DNA of 64,000 bases from Candidatus Woesearchaeota archaeon (GTDB lineage: Archaea; Nanobdellota; Nanobdellia; SCGC-AAA011-G17; UBA489), in contig CAYFJW010000001.1 in NCBI GenBank assembly GCA_964343875.1, positions 9,696 through 73,695 on the forward strand. Direction: 5' to 3'. Within the stretch, counting starts at the first letter, position 1; each line of letters starts with the position of its first letter. The notes beneath the pieces were generated by a model. That model was not told the DNA's origin, made no database searches, and saw only the letters and a program-made list of their open reading frames with translations. The position numbers and the translations under genes were made by a program. Positions 31,104 through 37,244 of this stretch are shown in pieces.

Positions 31104-32104
31104 TGAAAGATGAAATTAATTTCGTTCTAGATGAAAAATTAAACGAATTAAATAGTGAAATTGAGCACGTTCTGTACAATCTGAAAGAACCCTTAGCAGG
31201 AGAGAGAATATACATCCTAAATAAATTTACAAAAGAACTAATCAACGCACACCTTAAAAAGTCTAGCAGAACAATAAAGAAAAAGCCAATACAAGAGGCA
31301 TTGCTCCTAACAACAAACGAAGAGGAATTTTTACCTCAAGAGTTTGATTTCCCCTCTCCAGAAACAGAAGAGTTTGAAATTCCAGCGTTCCCAATTGAAC
31401 CCTCAAAAAACCTAAGTGAAGAAAGCTTAAACATTCAACCAAGAGACTTTCAAGCAAAGAAGATATTAGAAGAACCAAAACCCGTGGAAAAGCCAAGGCC
31501 TGTTGAAGAACCAAAACCAGTAGAAATAACAGAAGAACATATTTCCCTAATAACGTCTCAAATTACAGAAGAAGAAATGGCGTCTGCAACAATAAAAGGC
31601 ATGTTCTATATTGTTAATGAATCAAAGCTAGAAGAAAGTGAAATCACAATGCTTAATGCATTAAAACCCTTACTTGAAAAAAAGCAAAGCCTATTCCAAG
31701 ACAAAGAAAAGTTTACAAAAATCATGAACAAAACAGCAAAAAAGAGTAAAATAGCTCCTAACGAGCTTAGCCCATCAAAATTGAGGTATTTCCTAATCAA
31801 ACATCTAGTTAATTTTGGATTAATTGACCCAATTTTGCATGATCCAAAGGTCACAAAAATAACCTGCGACGGTCCAAATTTAAAAATAAAAGTTCAAAGA
31901 GACAACAAGGAACTAATTTCTAACCTAGAATACATAAATGCAAAACAGCTAAAAGATTTCATAAGTTACTTAGCAGAAAAATCATCAAAGAAAATAACTG
32001 AAGAAACAACAACGCTAGACATTGAATTCGAAAACTTTAGAATTCACATAACTGTTGGCACAGAAGACTTACCGTCAAAGTACATCCTAGAAAAAACAAT
32101 CTGA
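31103..32104 (+). CDS. FlaI/VirB11/PilB-like secretion-ATPase N-terminal domain protein with no ATPase core
   Basis: C-terminal half YFLIKHLVNFGLIDPILHDPKVTKITCDGPNLKIKVQRDNKELISNLEY...LDIEFENFRIHITVGTEDLPSKYILEK matches the region just before Walker A of archaeal FlaI-type ATPases. The ORF stops before any P-loop. Confidence 0.5.
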   Translation: MKDEINFVLDEKLNELNSEIEHVLYNLKEPLAGERIYILNKFTKELINAHLKKSSRTIKKKPIQEALLLTTNEEEFLPQEFDFPSPETEEFEIPAFPIEPSKNLSEESLNIQPRDFQAKKILEEPKPVEKPRPVEEPKPVEITEEHISLITSQITEEEMASATIKGMFYIVNESKLEESEITMLNALKPLLEKKQSLFQDKEKFTKIMNKTAKKSKIAPNELSPSKLRYFLIKHLVNFGLIDPILHDPKVTKITCDGPNLKIKVQRDNKELISNLEYINAKQLKDFISYLAEKSSKKITEETTTLDIEFENFRIHITVGTEDLPSKYILEKTI

Positions 32105-33082
32105 TTATTTCCAATCAACTAAGACATCATCGGTTCTTTCATAAGGCCTAATCTCAACCTCGCCCTCTTTCCTTCCAGCTTCATGCTCTAATATTCCTTG
32201 ATATGCAATCATCGCACCATTATCAACTAACAATCCCTTTGGAGGAGCATAAAACTTTGCACCTCTCTCCTTGCACATAATTGCACACATTTCTTGCAAT
32301 CTTGAATTACAACCAACGCCCCCACCAATTAAAAGTTCTTTTTTACCACAATGCGCTATAGCTCTTTCAGAAACTTCAACTAACATCGCAAAAGCAGTCT
32401 CTTGTAGAGAGTAAGCTAAATCCTCATCACTAATCTCCTTGGAATCAAATTTATTTTTCAGATTAGTCAACATTCCGGACAGTGAAATATCCATCCCCTT
32501 AACAGAATAAGGAAGTTCAACATATTTTTTGCCCTTCTTCGCTAAAACTTCAATCTTGGGTCCGCCAGGAAAACCAAGCCCCATATGTCTTGCAAAGGAA
32601 TCTATAAAATTACCGATTCCCTGATCCAACGTTTCCCCAAAAACCCTATACTTTCCACCTTCGTAGGCTATAACCTGGGTGTTTGCACCAGAAGCGTATA
32701 ACAAAACAGGATCCTTAACAGGAGTAACCAAACTCCCAACAGACAAATGAGCAACACAATGGTTCACACCAATAACTGGAACCCCCCACTCCTTACCAAG
32801 TTCTCTTGCTGTATTTTTCCCAACATGTAAACAAGGCCCAATTCCAGGACCACGAGAATAAACAATTAGATCAATCTTACCCTTGCCTAGCTTTTCGAAT
32901 TCTTCTAAAGCCTCTTTCACTAACTTGTCGGCAATTCTTTCATGGTGCTTACCGGCCTCCATTGGAATTATTCCACCTTTTTCAGTCGTATAAGACTCCC
33001 TCAAATTAACAAAAACTTCTTTCTTACTAACAATTCCAATACCAAACGTATGTGCAGTACTTTCAATACCTAAAGCAATCAT
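32105..33082 (-). CDS. kae1: tRNA N6-adenosine threonylcarbamoyltransferase Kae1 (not fused to Bud32)
   Basis: MIALGIESTAHTFGIGI, VNHCVAHL, ASGANTQV, GGGVGCNSRLQEM, DNGAMIAY. Confidence 0.95.
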   Translation of the reverse strand: MIALGIESTAHTFGIGIVSKKEVFVNLRESYTTEKGGIIPMEAGKHHERIADKLVKEALEEFEKLGKGKIDLIVYSRGPGIGPCLHVGKNTARELGKEWGVPVIGVNHCVAHLSVGSLVTPVKDPVLLYASGANTQVIAYEGGKYRVFGETLDQGIGNFIDSFARHMGLGFPGGPKIEVLAKKGKKYVELPYSVKGMDISLSGMLTNLKNKFDSKEISDEDLAYSLQETAFAMLVEVSERAIAHCGKKELLIGGGVGCNSRLQEMCAIMCKERGAKFYAPPKGLLVDNGAMIAYQGILEHEAGRKEGEVEIRPYERTDDVLVDWK

Positions 33083-33083
33083 T

Positions 33084-33485
33084 TTAACGTAGAATAAGTT
33101 TACTCCCCCTTACTTCATGAAATATTTTCATATAATTAACATGATTCCTATCCATCTTCATAAATCTAACATTTTCACATATTTTAGCAAAGAAATTCAA
33201 CAACCTTTCTTCAACCCTATCCTCATCAACTAACTTCTTAACAAACAAACTACCGATAACATCATCTTCATCAATATCTTGCTCACCCTGGGATTTAATA
33301 AACCTCAAAATACTAGCAACAAGAAGCTCAATCTTACGAGTAAAATCAAACCTTACGGTCTGAACTTTCTCTTCCCCATCAATGGAATAACGAAGATTCA
33401 TCTCCCCATGGAAATCATTAGGGCTAAAATTGACCATTTCAAGACCATTTACTTTCAAAACAACTTGTCTCATAGAAAAACCCAT
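33084..33485 (-). CDS. Hypothetical protein immediately upstream of kae1
   Basis: 133-aa ORF ending 1 nt before the kae1 start. No recognisable motif. Confidence 0.4.
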   Translation of the reverse strand: MGFSMRQVVLKVNGLEMVNFSPNDFHGEMNLRYSIDGEEKVQTVRFDFTRKIELLVASILRFIKSQGEQDIDEDDVIGSLFVKKLVDEDRVEERLLNFFAKICENVRFMKMDRNHVNYMKIFHEVRGSKLILR

Positions 33486-33509
33486 TGAAGGTCTAATTTA
33501 AATTTTTGC

Positions 33510-34703
33510 CTATTTAGTCATAATCTCCACAACATCGCCATCTAATAGGACATGCTCCTTACCAATAGGGACTCTTTTTTTAACATCCATCGCCTTAATG
33601 AATCCATTCCCAATATCGGTATGAATCCTAAAGGCAAACTCCAAAGCCGTAGACCCTCTCTTCATTAAGAAACAATCAGGCAATACATTCCCATCTTTAT
33701 CCTCTAGCTTATTCATCCCTCCAGGATAAACATGAATATAATCCAACAACTTAAACACTGCATCATTAAGCGCTTTCTGAACTCCAGTACATCCAAGGCC
33801 TCCCAAAACATCCTTCCTAATAAATTCCAAGGCCTCTTTTTGTTTCTCACTCAACTTAGAATCATTAATTAAAAAGTCCTTATCTCCGGGAGTATATTCA
33901 ACAACCCCATGTTTTGCAGCTTCCCTCAAAGCAAGTTCACTGTCTGCAGAACAAGGAATAATAATATAATCCTTAAACTTCTCTTGCAATTTCAAAACAT
34001 TCTCCCTAGCAATTTTTTTATCGCACTTATTTGCAATTACCACCATTGGTTTTGTTTCCTTTCTCAACCAACTTGCAAACCTTAGCATTTCATCTTCGTT
34101 CCAAGTTTCAGGCGCCTTATCTCCTAATCGATTCTCCTTCAAACATCTTTCAACATGTTCTTCAGTAACTCTTAACCCAGATAACCTTTTAGCAACAGTT
34201 TTTACAACATTTGCCTGCTCTTGTTGCATTGTTCTTGCAAACTTCTCCCATCCACGTTTCATTATTCCTAAGTACCACATGTCCAACTCATTCTCCAAAA
34301 ACAAAATGTCTTCAGCAGGATCATAACTTCCCTCGTCCACAGTTTCACCTTTTTCATTAGTTCCACCACTAGCATCAATTACATGTATCAATGCATCAGC
34401 CGGTCTCAAATCTTCTAAAAACTCATTACCCAAACCCTTTCCTTCATGCGCACCCGGAACTAAACCTGCAACATCAACCAATTCAACAGGAATAAATCTT
34501 TTATTTTTCAAACAATAACCCGTTCTAGGATTACATTGAGTCTTAAACTCAACATCAACGCAATCAACTTTCACATGTCCAACTCCAGAATTTGCTTTAA
34601 TTGTTGCAAAGGGATAATTAGCTATTTCAACATCTGCCAAAGTAGCGGACTTGAAAAAAGTACTCTTCCCAACATTGGGCTTCCCAACAACACCGATTAT
34701 CAT
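33510..34703 (-). CDS. YchF/OLA1-type Obg-family GTPase/ATPase with C-terminal TGS domain
   Basis: G1 GVVGKPNVGKST, G3 DVAGLV, NKCD, C-terminal TGS-like LLDGDVVEI. Start placed at MIIGVVGK (ATG 34703). The track ORF extends to 34745. Confidence 0.85.
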   Translation of the reverse strand: MIIGVVGKPNVGKSTFFKSATLADVEIANYPFATIKANSGVGHVKVDCVDVEFKTQCNPRTGYCLKNKRFIPVELVDVAGLVPGAHEGKGLGNEFLEDLRPADALIHVIDASGGTNEKGETVDEGSYDPAEDILFLENELDMWYLGIMKRGWEKFARTMQQEQANVVKTVAKRLSGLRVTEEHVERCLKENRLGDKAPETWNEDEMLRFASWLRKETKPMVVIANKCDKKIARENVLKLQEKFKDYIIIPCSADSELALREAAKHGVVEYTPGDKDFLINDSKLSEKQKEALEFIRKDVLGGLGCTGVQKALNDAVFKLLDYIHVYPGGMNKLEDKDGNVLPDCFLMKRGSTALEFAFRIHTDIGNGFIKAMDVKKRVPIGKEHVLLDGDVVEIMTK

Positions 34704-34748
34704 ACTCCTTCTCCAGAATAAACGCCTAATAAAGCTTCTCATCAAAAG

Positions 34749-34756
34749 TTTTAAAA
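34749..34756 (+). promoter_or_regulatory. TATA-like box (TTTTAAAA) upstream of tRNA-Ile(UAU)
   Basis: Ends 27 nt upstream of tRNA position 1. Equivalent boxes sit at the same spacing before tRNA-Glu, tRNA-Thr and tRNA-Asn. Confidence 0.45.
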
Positions 34757-34782
34757 GTCTCTCAATGACCCAAAGACCATAA

Positions 34783-34897
34783 GAGCCCGTAGCTTAGTCT
34801 GGTTAGAGCGCCAGTCTTATATGACGCTTCTTCGCTTAGAAGAAGATATAAGCTCTAAGAAAGCTGGAGGTCGGGAGTTCAAATCTCCTCGGGCTCA
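34783..34897 (+). tRNA. tRNA-Ile(UAU) with a 40-nt canonical 37/38 BHB intron (34822..34861)
   Basis: Acceptor GAGCCCG/CGGGCTC + A73 and a D arm almost identical to tRNA-Ile(GAU) at 61357. Anticodon stem CCAGT/GCTGG, loop CTTATA|A, anticodon TAT at 34818-34820. BHB: central helix CTTA (34816-19)/TAAG (34856-59), bulges TAT (34820-22) and AAA (34860-62). T arm GGGAG-TTCAAAT-CTCCT. Confidence 0.8.
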
Positions 34898-34912
34898 TTC
34901 ATATTTTTCTCA

Positions 34913-35515
34913 TTAATCGTTTTTATTGGGGCGAGGAAAATAAGCATCCGCACTTGGTTCAGGAGTAATCCACTGTCTTAATCTGCGATCAACATTTTCA
35001 GGAACAAGACCCAACTCATCCAATAAAACTCTTTCAACAAGGGACCCATCCCCCAACACACATAAAGAATACAACAAATGTTCTCCGGCAACTCTGCCTT
35101 CTTCATTCAATTTTGCAGCATATTCTCCTGCAGACGCAAGAACTCTCCATGCTTCCTCCGTGGGAGCAATTGACAAATGTCCATTGTTACCTCCCACACT
35201 AGAACTTGCAAGTTTCCTCAAATCACCTTCTAAAAGAGCCCTAACTCTTCCTCCCTCTACACGAAAACTTTCAAGAAGAAGATTCCCTACACTATGCCCA
35301 TCCTCCACAATTGCTAAGAGTATGTGTTCTGGTCCAATCGCTGCGGAGCCATACCTTCTTGCTTCAAACTCGGCATGTTGTAAAATTCTCCTGCCACCCT
35401 CATTGACTATCTTTTCTACATCCAAGTAAACTTTGGGTACAGGTTCTAATCCTTCATTCATCCGCGACGGAACCATTGAGGGTTTATATGTTATTTCATA
35501 TTCCTCAAAATCCAA
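34913..35515 (-). CDS. Stand-alone Clp N-terminal (double Clp_N repeat) domain protein
   Basis: Two repeats: AAIGPEHILLAIVEDGHSVGNLLLESFRV and RVAGEHLLYSLCVLGDGSLVERVLLDELGL. Arg-rich and Lys-poor, unlike its neighbours. Confidence 0.7.
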   Translation of the reverse strand: MDFEEYEITYKPSMVPSRMNEGLEPVPKVYLDVEKIVNEGGRRILQHAEFEARRYGSAAIGPEHILLAIVEDGHSVGNLLLESFRVEGGRVRALLEGDLRKLASSSVGGNNGHLSIAPTEEAWRVLASAGEYAAKLNEEGRVAGEHLLYSLCVLGDGSLVERVLLDELGLVPENVDRRLRQWITPEPSADAYFPRPNKND

Positions 35516-35517
35516 AG

Positions 35518-35527
35518 TTTTTTAAAG
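35518..35527 (+). promoter_or_regulatory. TATA-like box (TTTTTTAAAG) upstream of tRNA-Glu
   Basis: Ends 26 nt upstream of tRNA position 1 (35553). Confidence 0.45.
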
Positions 35528-35552
35528 AAATTTAAGAGATTCTCACTTTACT

Positions 35553-35627
35553 GCCCCGATAGTGTAGTCCGGTCAATCATTCCGGCTTTTCGAGCCGGGG
35601 ACCTGGGTTCGAATCCCAGTCGGGGCG
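35553..35627 (+). tRNA. tRNA-Glu(UUC)
   Basis: Acceptor GCCCCGA/TCGGGGC, D region GTGTAGTCCGGTCAATCAT typical of archaeal tRNA-Glu. Anticodon arm CCGGC-TTTTCGA-GCCGG, T arm CTGGG-TTCGAAT-CCCAG. No encoded CCA. Confidence 0.9.
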
Positions 35628-35724
35628 CATTTTTCTGATATTAACCACTTCAAAAAATAAAAAACATTTATATAGTCCTACAGGTCAAGTTTACGTATTA
35701 TACTCATTATAAGAGGTGAATTAT

Positions 35725-36105
35725 ATGGCTGCAAGAAGAAGAAAAGCAACAAGGCGACGTTCTACAGCTAGAAGATCCACTACTAGAAGAAGATCGACTG
35801 CAAGGAGAGCTACAACAAGACGTTCCACAAGAAGATCCACTACTAGAAAAAGATCTACTGCAAGAAGAACATCAACAAGGAGAAAAGCTCCACGAAGAAC
35901 ATCTTCAGCAAGTGCAACTTTAGTGTCTGCACCAGCTAGAAAAAGTTCTAAAGATCAGGAACTAGCTGCAATGCATCTGTCAATTTTAATTGTGGGTGTT
36001 GCCGGTGTTATACTCCTATTTGCTAAACCAACTCCAATGATGCAGAAAGTAGTAGGTGTCCTACTAGTTATTCTCGGTCTTTGGGGCCTAATGATGAAGA
36101 AATAA
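35725..36105 (+). CDS. Arg/Ser/Thr-repeat protein with two C-terminal TM helices
   Basis: ATG at 35725 preceded by GAGGTG. N-terminal tract of about 55 aa of RRST(A/T)RR repeats, then LSILIVGVAGVILLF and VVGVLLVILGLWGLMM. Confidence 0.55.
   Translation: MAARRRKATRRRSTARRSTTRRRSTARRATTRRSTRRSTTRKRSTARRTSTRRKAPRRTSSASATLVSAPARKSSKDQELAAMHLSILIVGVAGVILLFAKPTPMMQKVVGVLLVILGLWGLMMKK
35734..35898 (+). repeat. Tandem coding repeats (RRSTARR/RRSTTRR units)
   Basis: RRRKATRRRSTARRSTTRRRSTARRATTRRSTRRSTTRKRSTARRTSTRRKAPRR. Repetition is also visible at nucleotide level (agaagatccactactagaa occurs twice). Confidence 0.8.
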
Positions 36106-36118
36106 TTCTTCATCTTTT

Positions 36119-36484
36119 TTATTTATCCCTTATTTCTTTCCATTTAACTTTCTTAGAATCAACTAAATCTTTTATCCTTCTCTGTTTCTTAGATAAATTT
36201 GAACTTCCTGTTTTAAATTCAACAAACACAATTTCATCATCCTCAAAACTTAATCCATCTATAGGCGATCCAATAAATCTAAAATTATTCACATCATAAG
36301 GATATGAACTCATAAAGGGAAATAACTGCTCAAAAGATTTCCCGTGCTTCACAACATTGGACTTATGAGAAAATCTCAACTCTTCATGCAATCCTCCTAA
36401 CACTCTGAGCTCATTATTCTTCAACCAAAGGAGCACAAATAATATCAAAATTACACCAATCAAAACTAACGTTAAAACATCCAT
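36119..36484 (-). CDS. Membrane-anchored endonuclease related to archaeal Holliday-junction resolvase (PF10107-like)
   Basis: N-terminal TM VLTLVLIGVILILFVLLWL, then FRFIGSPIDGLSFEDDEIVFVEFKTGSSNLSKKQRRIKDLV (D...E-x-K core). Confidence 0.55.
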   Translation of the reverse strand: MDVLTLVLIGVILILFVLLWLKNNELRVLGGLHEELRFSHKSNVVKHGKSFEQLFPFMSSYPYDVNNFRFIGSPIDGLSFEDDEIVFVEFKTGSSNLSKKQRRIKDLVDSKKVKWKEIRDK

Positions 36485-36570
36485 ACAACCCTTATAATCG
36501 CTAAATATAAAAACCTATTCTAAACCCCACCAAAACCTTTAAAAGTCGAAATCCAGCATATACGATACAC

Positions 36571-36675
36571 ATGAAAAGAAGCTCTAAAAGGTGGAAAAAA
36601 AGACACCAAATGCGTTGGAAGTGGCAACGTAAAAAGATGAATAAAGAGAAGAGAAAGCGTAAAGCTAACAAATAG
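36571..36675 (+). CDS. rpl41e: Ribosomal protein L41e (34 aa; absent from the ORF track)
   Basis: Own translation MKRSSKRWKKRHQMRWKWQRKKMNKEKRKRKANK. It contains the KRSS.RWKKK..MRWKW core of archaeal L41e. Confidence 0.75.
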   Translation: MKRSSKRWKKRHQMRWKWQRKKMNKEKRKRKANK

Positions 36676-36689
36676 TTCTACTAGAAATG

Positions 36690-36698
36690 TTTTTAAAG
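36690..36698 (+). promoter_or_regulatory. TATA-like box (TTTTTAAAG) upstream of tRNA-Thr
   Basis: Ends about 24 nt upstream of tRNA position 1 (36722), just after the rpl41e stop. Confidence 0.45.
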
Positions 36699-36757
36699 TA
36701 ACCAGTCGGCACCTAGCTATCGCCACCGTAGCTCAACGGTAGAGCATTTGCCTTGTA

Positions 36758-37201
36758 TGTCCACAAGGGATATAAAAACCATTGTCTTTTTTGACAGATG
36801 GTCTCAGAGAAAAAGAAAATTTCAAGAGAAGCGGAATTACGCTTTGCCTCTGAATTTGTGAAGAAAGGATACGACGTATTCTTTCCGATGTCGGAGTTTG
36901 GAGCTATAGACCTAGCGGTTCACAAAGATGGATGTTTTAAACGTGTCCAAGTGAAAGCTACAAAACCTACTAATGGGGGATTAACTGTTAAGTTGAGATC
37001 TACCAATAACTGGCAGGATAAGAGGTACACTACAAATGACGTTGATGGGATAGCTGCGTATGACTATATGTCTTGTAGAGGATATTTGTTCGACCTCAAA
37101 AAATTTGAAGGCCAATCACAAGTTGTATTAAGGACAAACCCCACAAAGAATAATCAAAAAAAGCTCGTTAACTCCGCATCAAAATTCCTGTGGTTCAAGT
37201 A
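36758..37201 (+). mobile_element. Bulge-helix-bulge tRNA intron (444 nt) carrying an endonuclease ORF
   Basis: hBHBh' fold: anticodon stem, then 3-nt bulge TAA (37200-02). Central helix CTTG (36752-55)/CAAG (37196-99), then 3-nt bulge TAT (36756-58). Inner helix GTCCACA (36759-65)/TGTGGTT (37189-95) with one G-U and one U-U. Cleavage after the second bulge nucleotide on each side gives 36757|36758 and 37201|37202. Confidence 0.75.
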
Positions 37202-37202
37202 A
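36798..37202 (+). CDS. Intron-encoded PD-(D/E)XK endonuclease-like protein (I-Ssp6803I / PDDEXK_5-like), 134 aa
   Basis: REAELRFASEFVKKGYDVFFPMSEFGAIDLAVHKDGCFKRVQVKAT (E...D...QxK core), then NDVDGIAAYD and LRTNPTKNNQ. These match my recollection of the family that includes the cyanobacterial tRNA-intron homing endonuclease. Confidence 0.7.
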   Translation: MVSEKKKISREAELRFASEFVKKGYDVFFPMSEFGAIDLAVHKDGCFKRVQVKATKPTNGGLTVKLRSTNNWQDKRYTTNDVDGIAAYDYMSCRGYLFDLKKFEGQSQVVLRTNPTKNNQKKLVNSASKFLWFK

Positions 37203-37244
37203 GCAAAAGGTTGGGAGTTCAAATCTCTCCGGTGGCTTTTCAAA

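Larger units (their letters stand above)
36722..37237 (+). tRNA. tRNA-Thr(UGU) interrupted at 37/38 by a 444-nt ORF-bearing BHB intron
   Basis: Exons 36722..36757 and 37202..37237 join to a 72-nt cloverleaf. Acceptor GCCACCG/CGGTGGC + U73, D arm GCTC-AACGGTA-GAGC, anticodon arm TTTGC-CTTGTAA-GCAAA, variable AGGTT, T arm GGGAG-TTCAAAT-CTCTC. Confidence 0.85.

Noticed and set aside
36520-36726. 68-aa minus-strand track ORF between the resolvase-like gene and tRNA-Thr
   Set aside because: The opposite strand encodes a convincing L41e. The ORF also runs into the tRNA-Thr 5' end and its promoter box.
36758-37201. Possibility that the long tRNA-Thr intron is a group I (self-splicing) intron, like bacterial tRNA introns that carry I-Ssp6803I-type ORFs
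   Set aside because: Only 40 nt precede the ORF and 0 nt follow it, which leaves no room for a ribozyme core. The junctions form a clean bulge-helix-bulge motif with cuts at 37/38, as expected for the archaeal protein endonuclease.
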